Assembly (NCBI GenBank): GCA_965116795.1
Contig: OZ220716.1
Location: forward strand, 1,098,503-1,162,502
Direction of reading: 5' to 3'
DNA from: Gammaproteobacteria bacterium
GTDB taxonomy: Bacteria; Pseudomonadota; Gammaproteobacteria; JAJFKG01
Length of the DNA: 64,000 nucleotides
Below the pieces are notes generated by a model. The model was not told where the DNA came from. It saw nothing but the letters and a program-made list of their open reading frames with translations, and did not search any database. The translations under genes were made by a program, and so were the position numbers. Position 1 is the stretch's first letter, and every line of letters begins with the position of its first letter. Of this stretch, positions 8,851 through 18,766 are shown piece by piece.

Positions 8851-9299
8851 GGTGTAATGTCATGACTTCAAACCACCCAATTTCGACGATTTTTTGTGAT
8901 TTTTTCCCCTAATATCGCCAATCCTCTGAAAAGTCCGTACTTTAGCAAACGACGTACGGAGGCATTAAGTCATGATGTTGTAGGGATTTGTCGCCGTACT
9001 AGTTCGAACTTGAAAGTGCCGGGGCATAGACATTAATGCGCTACTTTCATGTATGTGGCAATTATTTACAGGCGGTATTACATATTTATATATACTACCA
9101 TGCCAACAGAGAGCTTTATTATCAACATGTTACTTATTTTATTGTTGAAAACCGTGCAAAATCGGAATTTATGTTGTTTCCTTTCATTTATGTGGCACAA
9201 AACCTTGGAACGCTCCAGAATCGATAGACACCTTAGCTTCTTCAACTGTAACTCTACTGTGTAATTCCTCGTAAGTTGGTTAATTTACTCAGCTAGATT

Positions 9300-10112
9300 T
9301 TACATAATAGATGGGAAAGCATAAATAGAACCTGGTCTGTTACTTTGTTGATAATCTAATATCACTCGTTGAATATAAGGCGCTATATTAGGATTTTGTT
9401 TTATATAGTCCTCAAAATCATTGTAATTTATCTTGTTTTCTAAATAAGCAAGAAAATTTTCATAACAAACGCGCCAATACCTTAACATTTCGTTATCATT
9501 CGATATTAATTCAAGCTCTGTTGAATAGGATTCAATCATATTAATCTCGTGTAGAAGCTCTTTGCATATTGTTTCGTTTACAGCTATAGATTTTGGAAGC
9601 ATAAACATCGTACCATTAATATAATATATTATATTTTTTAGATGTTTAAAAAAAAAATTCCTTGTAACCACAGAATCCTGGAAGGTTAAAAACAAGGCTT
9701 CAGATAAAGAAACTGCTCCTGTACTAGAAATTATGCTGTCTATTTTTACATTAAGTTTATTTACTTGTTCTTGAGTGCTAGGAGCAAGGCTATAAAAATT
9801 TCCTTGTATATATAGTTCTACTGACTCAATATCACCTTTCTGCAGCTCTTCTAGCAAGATTAACCCACCATGACTTTTTATGGGATAACGTAATTCTATT
9901 TCAGAGTTTAAAATGCTGTGACAAAGATTTTTAAAAGATTTAACATGATAAGAGTATTCATACTTTTGTATCATATTGAGTATTTTGTTTAAACACACTA
10001 ACGCCTTAGATCTTAGTCCAAGCTTTTCTAAAACTATGTACTCTTCTGTAATGGAAGTTTCTTTACTCATAACGATGTAAGCATAACATAATTTAGCACA
10101 TCCAAATAACAT
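9300..10112 (-). CDS. AT-rich hypothetical protein (accessory gene at prophage left edge)
   Basis: 270-codon ORF with much lower GC than neighbouring genes; no recognisable motif. Confidence 0.6.
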   Translation of the reverse strand: MLFGCAKLCYAYIVMSKETSITEEYIVLEKLGLRSKALVCLNKILNMIQKYEYSYHVKSFKNLCHSILNSEIELRYPIKSHGGLILLEELQKGDIESVELYIQGNFYSLAPSTQEQVNKLNVKIDSIISSTGAVSLSEALFLTFQDSVVTRNFFFKHLKNIIYYINGTMFMLPKSIAVNETICKELLHEINMIESYSTELELISNDNEMLRYWRVCYENFLAYLENKINYNDFEDYIKQNPNIAPYIQRVILDYQQSNRPGSIYAFPSIM

Positions 10113-10186
10113 GACATTTGGTTATTATCAACTTCCTTGCTGGTAAAGAATAATTTGGCTTAATCAGCAAACATTCACGGTTATAA

Positions 10187-10594
10187 TCATCGCCAAACAG
10201 TAAGCCAGATAACCAATTTTCTAATGGCCGCTTTCCACCTACGCCAGGCTGTCACTTTATCACAACCGATTTCACGTGCTATGGCTTTCCAGTGGATATG
10301 GTCAGCGCGTCGCCATAACAATTTACGTTCATCCACCGTTAACCACTGCATCCAATCAAATACACGTTCAAGGGAAGCCAACATTTCCGGTGTGGGAGGT
10401 AACCGTAATTGTTTTGGCTCTGTGTTAGCAATTTCTGTGGGCGAGCGTACTATCTCCGGCCAGGTGTGTACATATCCATTGCTTTGCAACGGCGGTAATC
10501 GTCGTATTGTAATTACCGCCTGCTCCAATTCATTCACAACAGTTTGCTCTGTCCATTCACGTTGTTTTACCATCACGTTATTTACCTTGCGCAC
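10187..10594 (-). CDS. DUF6362-like phage protein (sigma/HTH-like regulator)
   Basis: LEQAVITIRRLP...WPEIVR...WMQWL...LLWRRA...TAWRRW pattern. Confidence 0.7.
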   Translation of the reverse strand: MRKVNNVMVKQREWTEQTVVNELEQAVITIRRLPPLQSNGYVHTWPEIVRSPTEIANTEPKQLRLPPTPEMLASLERVFDWMQWLTVDERKLLWRRADHIHWKAIAREIGCDKVTAWRRWKAAIRKLVIWLTVWR

Positions 10595-11093
10595 TTAACC
10601 CGAATTGGGCGCACGCATAGTGTAATAGCGCAATCGCATCGGCTTGGTTATCATCTTCAGGGTTATGCCCTAATGCATACACCGCGGCGATAACCGCTTC
10701 TTTACTGGCGTTACCTTTACCTGTTGCAAACTTTTTAATGGTGCCAACTGGAATGCCTTGATAGGCAATGTTTTCTCGTTCACACCAACTGGTTAACGCA
10801 CTTAAGAAACCCCCGTAAACATGCGCCGCATCGACACCTAAGTGACGTCTAACTTCTTCGAAATACACCGCATCAATGTTTCCCATCACCGCATGTATTT
10901 CTTCTAGCCACTGATTAAGGCGTAAATACCGCATGCCACCGCCTTCAAATCTTTTCGGTTGAAAGGACAGGGTGCCACTGATGATGTGTCCATTTTGATT
11001 AGTGACCGCCCAACCGGTGTGAGTCCCTAAATCCAAGCACAGCAACACAGGTTTTTTTTCTGAGGCTAATGGTTTAAGTAATTTCATTTTCAT
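10578..11093 (-). CDS. RuvC-like Holliday junction resolvase
   Basis: LCLDLGTHTGWA, YFEEVRRH, IKKFATGKGNASKE, DNQADAIALL. Confidence 0.85.
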   Translation of the reverse strand: MKMKLLKPLASEKKPVLLCLDLGTHTGWAVTNQNGHIISGTLSFQPKRFEGGGMRYLRLNQWLEEIHAVMGNIDAVYFEEVRRHLGVDAAHVYGGFLSALTSWCERENIAYQGIPVGTIKKFATGKGNASKEAVIAAVYALGHNPEDDNQADAIALLHYACAQFGLSAQGK

Positions 11094-13288
11094 TGTGCCA
11101 CCTCATCATCGTTACAGTTCCGGTTATGCTTATCCTTAATGGGTAGCACTTCTGAGGTTTCCCCGCACTTGTAGTGAGTTGCTTGGACAAGTTTCAATTT
11201 TGGTTTGGCTGTATTCTTTGTTGAATTTGTCTGCGGTTTATGTTCAGGGATTTGCATTCCTTCCACACATAAAATCCCGAACTTACTGCGCAGTGGTATT
11301 TTTGTTCCACGTAACGTCGGATCTTTGCAGAATTTCACTTGACCTCGGGTGGCTAAGGCATTTAAGCGTTTGCGGATATTCTCAGTCCCCCCTAAGCCTG
11401 ATTTATTTTCAAATGTCTCACTGAACTGATTGATGGTATACAGTCGCCCTAAGCGTGCTTCATCACAAATGAGTTGTAAGATGACATTTTGCTTGCGCTT
11501 GGATTCAGCGGCCAACTTGCGTGCGTACTTATCTTTTACCAACCGTTTGTTATTGGCTTCCAACTTTTGCCACTGACCGCTGATTTTATCGATGTATTTG
11601 GGTTTGAGTTCTTTGCCATTACGCAATTCAAACACCATCTTTCTAGGTGACAATTCCTCGTCTTCTTTAAACAACAAAGCTCCGGTGGTGTAATAACTTC
11701 GCAAACTACTGGCACCGGCCAACGCTTGAAAGGGATCAGATTCTAACTGCTTTTTCTGTATCTTACGGGTATGATGAACTAAGATAATGCCCGCTTCTGG
11801 ATTAAGTGTGCTACGCAGGGCATCTAATCGTTTAGTTAAGAAAAACAACATACCGTCATTGCTGTTTTCACCATTTTCATCATTACCTCTGTCATACACA
11901 TTGCGCAGTGGGTCAACCACAATCATATCAACGGGCTCATCAGGAAAGTGTGCCAGTATGCTGCGCTTGACAGTACTTACTCCCTCTTTGTTGAGCAATA
12001 AGTTTGATTGCGGTGTCATGATTAAATTATCAGGCGCAAATGCTGGCAACTTGTCATTAAAATCAGAGGCACGACAACGCTCACGTAAGTAGTGATAGCC
12101 AATCTCCGTCTGCAGATAAAAGATGCGTAGTGGTCGTGGGGGTGTTAATCCAAGAAACGGCATACCGGCTGCCATGTGAGAGAGCAGTGATAACAAGAAA
12201 TCACTTTTTCCCACTTTCGGCGCCCCCGCTAACACCATTAACCCCCCTGGTGTTAATACCCGTGGTGCAATGAGATCAGTTGGCATGGGCGACGCATCAT
12301 CCAACAATTGCCGTAAGCTGTAGGCTGGCAGCCAGGTGGTAATCGGCCGAGGTGATTGAGAGTGCGTTGTGATAAAGGTTGTTGCATCCATCCCTTCATT
12401 AATAGCATCGGCTGCATCCCACTTTTCAGGTTTATCGGCTGGAATCGATAAGACACACAGTGAGAGCAACAAGCCTGACTGTGCTAAATGTTGACTCACT
12501 GCGTGTGCGTAGTGTTTGCCAGCGGCATCGTTATCTGGCCAGATAACCACATGCTTGCCAGTGAGTGGTGACCAATCGGTTTTACTGACAGCCGCTTTAG
12601 CACCGAACATTGCCGTGGTGGCCGCAATGCCTTGCTCAATTAAACTGCTTGCTGCTTTCTCGCCTTCAACTAATACGACTTGTATTGCCTCTTTTATCCC
12701 AGGTTGGTTGTATAAGGGACGTGGATTGGGTGCACAATGTTTACGGTTTACCACATCCCACGGACGGTATTGCTTACCTTCGGGAGTATCGTAACGATAC
12801 ACACAAGCGATTAATTGCCCGTTCTCATCCACGTAATCCCATTTAGCGCTTGATGCACCTAATGTGTCATAGTGATATGAAGGCAATACACCCTCATTTG
12901 TTGGGACATTGGGTTGTAACCCCAACCAGCTACTGGCAGAGCTTAACACCTTGGCAAACTGGGTTTTCGACACTAAACCCGAACACGTTGCCCATAGATC
13001 AAGGATGTCGCCACCCTCACCGGTGGCAAAGTCGTGCCACAGTCCGGCTTTACTGCCGGTAATTTCAATCTTTAAACTGTCACCTGGGCTACCATGAATA
13101 TCCCCAACTTCATACGTGTTATGCCGTATGCATCCATTAGGGAGTAAATACATCAATACCGATTCTAAGCGTGAGAGCAGTGCGCTATGCACGACATCAG
13201 CTGAAAGGGCATGATGATGTGGTTGTTGTGATGTTGCGTTGTTTGCATTTAAATATGTGGTTGACATGCGTGTTTCTCCTATTTCCAT
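11090..13288 (-). CDS. Primase-helicase (TOPRIM + AAA_25/RepA-like)
   Basis: LVEGEK, WPDND, Walker A GAPKVGKS, IVVDPL, LVHHTRK. Likely start at MSTTY. Confidence 0.88.
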   Translation of the reverse strand: MEIGETRMSTTYLNANNATSQQPHHHALSADVVHSALLSRLESVLMYLLPNGCIRHNTYEVGDIHGSPGDSLKIEITGSKAGLWHDFATGEGGDILDLWATCSGLVSKTQFAKVLSSASSWLGLQPNVPTNEGVLPSYHYDTLGASSAKWDYVDENGQLIACVYRYDTPEGKQYRPWDVVNRKHCAPNPRPLYNQPGIKEAIQVVLVEGEKAASSLIEQGIAATTAMFGAKAAVSKTDWSPLTGKHVVIWPDNDAAGKHYAHAVSQHLAQSGLLLSLCVLSIPADKPEKWDAADAINEGMDATTFITTHSQSPRPITTWLPAYSLRQLLDDASPMPTDLIAPRVLTPGGLMVLAGAPKVGKSDFLLSLLSHMAAGMPFLGLTPPRPLRIFYLQTEIGYHYLRERCRASDFNDKLPAFAPDNLIMTPQSNLLLNKEGVSTVKRSILAHFPDEPVDMIVVDPLRNVYDRGNDENGENSNDGMLFFLTKRLDALRSTLNPEAGIILVHHTRKIQKKQLESDPFQALAGASSLRSYYTTGALLFKEDEELSPRKMVFELRNGKELKPKYIDKISGQWQKLEANNKRLVKDKYARKLAAESKRKQNVILQLICDEARLGRLYTINQFSETFENKSGLGGTENIRKRLNALATRGQVKFCKDPTLRGTKIPLRSKFGILCVEGMQIPEHKPQTNSTKNTAKPKLKLVQATHYKCGETSEVLPIKDKHNRNCNDDEVAQ

Positions 13289-13866
13289 GAAGGTGTGTTG
13301 ATGTGAGGGTTAGCTGATAAGGCTGTGTTTTGGTAAACACTCGAATCGGCCGATGATGTTGCTGTTCCCTTGTAAATCGCATATTGTTTATTTTCAGGTG
13401 TGATCGCGACTTTAATCACGTTTTTAAGACACCCTTGATTATCTTTTTCCGTATCAATGCGAGCGACAAACTCAATGCCATTGAGTTCACCAAAGTTATC
13501 AATCTGACGCGCTTGTTGGGCGGCTGATGAATTATCGTTATTGGCAATGCTACGCGCTGAGCTTAAAATGGCTTTAATAAAGCTTCGGCCACTGTTACCC
13601 CAGTAATCACTCTTCTCACTATGCAAACCAATCAAGCTCCATACTTTGCGCTTAGCATAAAGACCAGCCAAGATGACAAACTCACAATTCAAATAAATCG
13701 AGCCGGTGTTTTTGCTACACGTTGCCCAACCACCGCTGAGTTCTTGCGAGGCATCATCGTAACCACCTGGTTTAATCGTCATACACACTTTGGCAATCGT
13801 GCCTTTTGGGATGAGATCCAAAGTGGTTTGCTCGTCTGCATTATTAAAATCGTTCCATTGACTCAT
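13279..13866 (-). CDS. Phage protein, probable ssDNA-binding (DUF669-like)
   Basis: WNDFNNA...IPKGT...YLNCEFVILAG.YAKRKVW; C-terminal PSW; follows the Sak4-like ATPase. Confidence 0.65.
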   Translation of the reverse strand: MSQWNDFNNADEQTTLDLIPKGTIAKVCMTIKPGGYDDASQELSGGWATCSKNTGSIYLNCEFVILAGLYAKRKVWSLIGLHSEKSDYWGNSGRSFIKAILSSARSIANNDNSSAAQQARQIDNFGELNGIEFVARIDTEKDNQGCLKNVIKVAITPENKQYAIYKGTATSSADSSVYQNTALSANPHINTPSWK

Positions 13867-14759
13867 GATGTTTCTCCTTCAGGTTGTTGAGATGGGTTTG
13901 TATGATTAGGGATAACGTGTGTTAACCGTTCATTAGGCGGTTTAGCTTTGCCAGCAATTTTCTGCATGAGCTTGCCAAGATGCGGTTCTTCAATAACGTC
14001 TAATCTGCCAGAGCGATCTTTAGCGGGATAGCCACTTTCATTTAATGTTTGACAGACAAACGCACGATAGGATTGATTATCATTATTGACGATTTCGGCC
14101 ATGGTGATCACTTCATCCACAATGCCCGGCAACTCTAAACTGGTTTTGCTGCCCTCGATTTGCGGTTGATAAAAACGGTGATTAAAGTCATCTGTTTTTT
14201 CATCGAGAATACCGACAAACCAAATGTTCTTATTACGTGTGTGCTGTAAGTGTGTCAGCCAAGCCAGCATCTCTTGACCGTGTAATCCATAGGCGGCACG
14301 CATATCCGTTTTTCCGCTTCGTTCACTGAAGGCTTGGGGTTGGCCTTTGCACCAGTTAAAACACAAACGACCTGCCACGGTAATAGAGTCGATGAAGATG
14401 GTGTCGTACTTATCAAGGATGCTGGGTTCCCCCAATTGCTGACACACCGCTTGATAATGTGCTTGGCTGTAACACTGCTCATCGCGCAGTGCCGGATCGC
14501 CACCCCCAATAAAACAGGCAATATCACGACAGGCTTGCCAGGTACGGGGGCGAATGGTATCGCCTTGCCAGCCTTCAATGGCTAAATCCCCGGCTTCTAA
14601 ATCAAAGAACAGTGTCTTCTCTGCAGGCAATGTCCAGAGTAATGATGTTTTGCCAATCCCACTTTTGCCAAAGATGCAGCCTTTAATGCCTTTGGTTTCA
14701 TTGACGCGTTGATTCATGGATAAAATGGCAAGGCCATCGGTTGTGTGTGTTGTGCTCAT
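13863..14759 (-). CDS. AAA_24 / Sak4-like ATP-binding protein
   Basis: GKSGIGKTS, FFDLEAG, FIDSIT, AKDRSGRL. Confidence 0.85.
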   Translation of the reverse strand: MSTTHTTDGLAILSMNQRVNETKGIKGCIFGKSGIGKTSLLWTLPAEKTLFFDLEAGDLAIEGWQGDTIRPRTWQACRDIACFIGGGDPALRDEQCYSQAHYQAVCQQLGEPSILDKYDTIFIDSITVAGRLCFNWCKGQPQAFSERSGKTDMRAAYGLHGQEMLAWLTHLQHTRNKNIWFVGILDEKTDDFNHRFYQPQIEGSKTSLELPGIVDEVITMAEIVNNDNQSYRAFVCQTLNESGYPAKDRSGRLDVIEEPHLGKLMQKIAGKAKPPNERLTHVIPNHTNPSQQPEGETS

Positions 14760-14920
14760 CGGGCTTTCTCCTGTTTCTCAATTTCTCTTTTCAATACCAA
14801 CAGACTGTCGATGCAGGTAAATAACGTGCGTGCCTGCTGCTTGCGTTGGATAAGTTCCTCATCGGGTAAGGTGATAAGGTCGTTTAACGGTTTGTAAAAC
14901 AGATAATCTAGGTACAACAT
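14756..14920 (-). CDS. Small hypothetical protein (54 aa, not in ORF track)
   Basis: MLYLDYLFYKPLNDLITLPDEELIQRKQQ...KAR*; SD aggag; ATGA overlap with the next gene. Confidence 0.6.
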   Translation of the reverse strand: MLYLDYLFYKPLNDLITLPDEELIQRKQQARTLFTCIDSLLVLKREIEKQEKAR

Positions 14921-14990
14921 GGTTTTTTCTCCTGTTTCAGTTAATGGTTAAGTAAGTGGTACCCGCGCTTGCCATAGAGATGACAAAAAC

Positions 14991-15039
14991 ACGATCCCCT
15001 CACTACTGTTAACTACGCCATTGCTCCCAATTTTTGAGT
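14991..15039 (-). promoter_or_regulatory. Conserved upstream motif, copy 1 (putative phage-sigma promoter)
   Basis: 24/29 identity to 18515-18543, plus tgagt at an identical 15-bp spacing. Confidence 0.55.
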
Positions 15040-15060
15040 ATCGTCGTTGCAATAGTTCAA

Positions 15061-15621
15061 TCATTTCCCATGGTGCCAATAGATGTGCAGTCCATGTTCT
15101 ATTAATGCACTACGCAAGCGTTTAAGTTGTTGCCTGACGGTGAAGTAAGGGGTGTTGGTCAGTCGTGCGATGTCGATGAGGGTTGAAGAGCACAGCCTGA
15201 GCAGCAAAGTCGCCAGGTCATCGGGTAATCTGTCTTTGATACGGCTTAGATCACAGGCTAAATCACATGCCGAGTTCTCTTGGATAAGGTGTGCTGGCCA
15301 GGGTGAATAAGCGTCTTGTTCATCAACAGCTAACAGGGTTTCAAGTGAGTGGTGTGGAATACCTGCCCCATGTTTTTGTCTGCCGGCATCACGAATAAGC
15401 TGTTTGTGGACACAGTTGAGTACCAGATCCACAAACGTTGACCACTTGGCTTGATCGGGATCGTAAGTGTGCTGGCGCAGGAAGAAATGCAACAGCAAGG
15501 TTTGTTTTAGATCGACCAGGGGAGTGTGTTGTAACAGTGGATGGTGTTTCAAGGTCTTGGCATGGTAGTCGACTTGGCTGATCAAATACGGCTCTAATCC
15601 GTTGTAGTGGTGGTAAGGCAT
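15061..15621 (-). CDS. Sigma-70/ECF-like phage regulator
   Basis: DLKQTLLL...YDPDQAKWSTFV and a C-terminal HTH (TLIDIARLTNTP). Start reassigned to MPYHH after SD aggaga. Confidence 0.6.
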   Translation of the reverse strand: MPYHHYNGLEPYLISQVDYHAKTLKHHPLLQHTPLVDLKQTLLLHFFLRQHTYDPDQAKWSTFVDLVLNCVHKQLIRDAGRQKHGAGIPHHSLETLLAVDEQDAYSPWPAHLIQENSACDLACDLSRIKDRLPDDLATLLLRLCSSTLIDIARLTNTPYFTVRQQLKRLRSALIEHGLHIYWHHGK

Positions 15622-15672
15622 GACGGTTCTCCTAATGCTGGCCGCCACACACGGGCGGTACACTAGGACGTG

Positions 15673-15792
15673 GTCAGATCTGACGGAGCTGGGGGTATAA
15701 ATGACCGGTGGTTTAGTTAACCCCTTCATTGTGAAGTGGCTTTTAAATGAGTTTTTTTGAAAAAATGCCAATCGAACGCCGTCAGATCTGAC
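15673..15792. promoter_or_regulatory. Two perfect 12-bp palindromes GTCAGATCTGAC (putative operators)
   Basis: At 15673-15684 and 15781-15792, upstream of the sigma-like gene. Confidence 0.55.
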
Positions 15793-15842
15793 GCAAACAG
15801 TTTATAAATGAACCTTTAGGTAATAAATTTACCCGAGGATAA

Positions 15843-15986
15843 GGTGGAGCCATTGAGTGCTGATCGAGTGGATCCATTAGCTGATGATCCGGTGGATCCA
15901 TTGAGTGCTGATCGGGTGGATCCATTAGCTGATGATCCGGTGGATCTTTTAGGTGCTGATCGGATGGATCCACTCACTAATGATCC
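15843..15986. repeat. Six 24-bp GATC-rich tandem repeats (alternating 48-bp period)
   Basis: ggtggatccattgagtgctgatcg / ggtggatccattagctgatgatcc units; 11 GATC sites. Confidence 0.9.
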
Positions 15987-16024
15987 GGTGCATGTAGTTG
16001 GAATGCTAACGGGCAATGACGATA

Positions 16025-16435
16025 TTAGCCTGTAAACCCAAAGTGGGTGAGTTGCTCCTCCCATAATGATGGGAAAGGCAGCAGTAGGGTTTGTAAGCTC
16101 AACTCAGGGGGTTGTGTGCCGTCTAATATCGCCCTTTTGATTTGCGGTGATAATAGATTTAACCGCAGTATGCGCGAGACGTAGGAGGGATTGACCTGTT
16201 TACCTTTGGCCAATGTATCAATCGAAGTAAATTGCCCGGTGTCTAAGGCATGTTGCCAGAGGTAGGCTTTGGTGAGGGCTTTAATCAGGGGGATATTGGG
16301 TTTGGCGGCGGTCGCGGTGGGTTGCTGTTCGCCTTCTGGCAATACCAGTAGGGTTTGTCCACGGTAGCGTTTAAGGGTGATAGGAATTCTAATAGAAATA
16401 AAGTCATCAAAAGCGGTTACGGTTGTGGTTGACAT
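16025..16435 (-). CDS. Hypothetical protein associated with serine recombinase
   Basis: LIKALTKAYLW...SYVSRILRLNLLSP...AILDGTQP...W.EQ, typical of genes after DUF2924/recombinase pairs. Confidence 0.75.
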   Translation of the reverse strand: MSTTTVTAFDDFISIRIPITLKRYRGQTLLVLPEGEQQPTATAAKPNIPLIKALTKAYLWQHALDTGQFTSIDTLAKGKQVNPSYVSRILRLNLLSPQIKRAILDGTQPPELSLQTLLLPFPSLWEEQLTHFGFTG

Positions 16436-17805
16436 GCTCCCTCCGTTGAGTGGGTGTTAACGTGTAGTAGATCCAGCAAACCGGTAATGCCATTGATTTT
16501 GACTTGGATGTCGACATAATCTGAATGCAGCACGACACGGTTAATTAACAGTGATAATAAGCGTTGTTGTTCAGTGGGAAATAACTCTTGCCAAATGGGG
16601 GCGATGTTTTGTAAGGCGTTGCGTACTTGGGATGGTGTTATCGACTTATCGAATGTCTTTGCAGCCTTGAGGGTATCTAAGAGAATATCCGGTGAGGTGA
16701 TGACACGCTGAACCTGGTGCAGTACATGGGTTTCAATTTCATTGGCGGCGATTTGTTTGATCGGGCAATCAGGGCAGCGTCCTTTCTTGTAACCGGTGGC
16801 GATGTAGTAACGGTAAAGTTTGCGGTGTTGTTTGCTGGTGTGGGTGGGTGTCATCGCACGTTGACAGCCGCCGCAGTGAATGATCCCAGTTAATACGGCA
16901 CGTGCACGTCGCTTGCCTTCTGTGTCGCCACGTTTTGCGCCTTCACGCAAGATGGCTTGTGTTTTGTCCCAGATTTCTTGTGAAATAATCGCTTCATGTC
17001 GGCCTTGGTATAGAGTGTCTTTATGTTTAATTTTGCCGATATAAATGGGGTTTTTGAGGAGCTTGTAAATACTACCCATATCCAGTGGCACTCCACCCAT
17101 CGTACGACCGTCTTTGGTAAGGCGTCGTTTACTGCAAACACCCATGGCAGCGAGTTGCTTTACCATCAGCGTGGGTGATTTGGTTTTGAGAAATAAATCA
17201 AAGACAGCGCGAATGGTACGAGCCTCACTGTCAACACTGTGTAAGTGTCGGTCTTTAACATCATAACCTAAAGGCAAGACGCCACCCATCCACATGCCCT
17301 TGCGTTTAGAGGCGGCGAACTTATCACGCACACGCTCGCCAATGACTTCACGTTCAAATTGGGCGAAGGATAATAAAATGTTTAACGTTAACCGTCCCAT
17401 CGAGGTGGTGGTATTAAAATGTTGGGTGATTGACACAAAGGACACTTGCTGTGCGTCAAACACATCGGCTAACTTGGCAAAGTCAGCCAGTGAACGCGAT
17501 AAGCGGTCAATCTTATACACAACCACGGTATCGATATGCCCTTGTTGAATGGCATCGAGTAACCGCGTTAAGGCGGGTCTACTTAAGTTACCGCCACTAA
17601 AGCCACCATCATCATAGTGCTCTGGCAGTAACACCCAACCTTCTTGTTTTTGCGAGGCAATGTACGCCTCACAAGATTCGCGTTGGGCATCCAAGCTGTT
17701 GAACTCCATCTCCAATCCTTCTTCAGTGGATTTACGGGTGTAGATAGCGCAACGTTTTTTAATGACGGTAGTCAGTGATGTTTGTTTCGCTATTTTTGTT
17801 TTCAT
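16417..17805 (-). CDS. Large serine recombinase (integrase)
   Basis: CAIYTRKS, YDDGGFSG, KIDRLSRS, FAQFERE, and a zinc ribbon CGGC. Confidence 0.93.
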   Translation of the reverse strand: MKTKIAKQTSLTTVIKKRCAIYTRKSTEEGLEMEFNSLDAQRESCEAYIASQKQEGWVLLPEHYDDGGFSGGNLSRPALTRLLDAIQQGHIDTVVVYKIDRLSRSLADFAKLADVFDAQQVSFVSITQHFNTTTSMGRLTLNILLSFAQFEREVIGERVRDKFAASKRKGMWMGGVLPLGYDVKDRHLHSVDSEARTIRAVFDLFLKTKSPTLMVKQLAAMGVCSKRRLTKDGRTMGGVPLDMGSIYKLLKNPIYIGKIKHKDTLYQGRHEAIISQEIWDKTQAILREGAKRGDTEGKRRARAVLTGIIHCGGCQRAMTPTHTSKQHRKLYRYYIATGYKKGRCPDCPIKQIAANEIETHVLHQVQRVITSPDILLDTLKAAKTFDKSITPSQVRNALQNIAPIWQELFPTEQQRLLSLLINRVVLHSDYVDIQVKINGITGLLDLLHVNTHSTEGACQPQP

Positions 17806-18269
17806 CCACGCATTCCTTTTGTGTGATGTAATCCAAAAAAGGCGATGCCTGACCAATGGTTACCGGTAATGCGTTTGGCAATCTTGGATAAGCTTTTGTA
17901 AACACAGCCGTCATATTCATAGCCTTTATCTAAGACGGTGACGCAATATTCATGATCTTTGTATTGGCGCACCAATCGTGAGCCTGGCATCGGGCGAATG
18001 TAACGCGGTCGTTTGGGGGGTGCGCCGTTGCGCGTAAAAAACTGTTTAGCATATTCTTCCAAGCGCTGATTGAGTGTGTCATCTTCACCATAGGCTAAGG
18101 CTTGCAGGCGATAACTGAGTTTTTTAATCAGTGCAGGTTTTTGAGCCGCGCGTGGCGGCTTGGTGTCACACAGCGTTTGCCAGAGGGCTTTTAACTCGTT
18201 TAATGACAACATTTGTAAGCCAGCTATTTGACGGAGTAGTTTGGGGTTAGCTTTGCTTTGGGTAGGCAT
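17802..18269 (-). CDS. DUF2924 family protein
   Basis: YRLQALAYG...PGSRLVR.Y...SLSKIAKRITGNHWSG..FFGL. Confidence 0.88.
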   Translation of the reverse strand: MPTQSKANPKLLRQIAGLQMLSLNELKALWQTLCDTKPPRAAQKPALIKKLSYRLQALAYGEDDTLNQRLEEYAKQFFTRNGAPPKRPRYIRPMPGSRLVRQYKDHEYCVTVLDKGYEYDGCVYKSLSKIAKRITGNHWSGIAFFGLHHTKGMRG

Positions 18270-18287
18270 GTTATTTCCTCCTATAAG

Positions 18288-18467
18288 TCATGCGATTGTG
18301 TCAGTCGTATCAGTCCATAGTGTGGTGTCGAAGTCCAGCGGGTGAGTCGGATCAGGCGACTTAGTGCGCTGTTCACGGCGTTTTTTCGCACGTACAATGC
18401 CCAATGCCAATAACGTGGCTACCTCACGGCGACGAGATGGGATCGTGTTAATCATTTCAGTTGACAT
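18288..18467 (-). CDS. Small hypothetical protein (59 aa, not in ORF track)
   Basis: MSTEMINTIPSRRREVATLLALGIVR...; SD aggag; first gene of the DUF2924/recombinase operon. Confidence 0.6.
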   Translation of the reverse strand: MSTEMINTIPSRRREVATLLALGIVRAKKRREQRTKSPDPTHPLDFDTTLWTDTTDTIA

Positions 18468-18514
18468 GGGGAGCTCCTATTTCAATAACATGGGTGATGA
18501 GAGCGCGTGATAAA

Positions 18515-18563
18515 ACGCTCCCCTCATGACTATTAACTATGCCGTTTGAACGAAAAAATGAGT
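18515..18563 (-). promoter_or_regulatory. Conserved upstream motif, copy 2
   Basis: Matches 14991-15039. Confidence 0.55.
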
Positions 18564-18766
18564 GTGTGCGCATTTACTGACATGATGATTGGCATTTACG
18601 CCTTTGTGATTTTTCAAAGTGTGCTCTACAGTGGCTCGTCTACAACAAACAAATTTCGACATGGCTACACGCTAGCAACACACAACAACTTATCATTCAA
18701 AACAATCGGGGTTACACAGGATGGCAATTTGGCATTAACCCGTGTCGTTGGCTGTTATGACACTCA

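Noticed and set aside
15843-15986. CRISPR array
   Set aside because: Contiguous tandem units with no unique spacers and no cas genes; the overlapping short ORFs are probably repeat artefacts.
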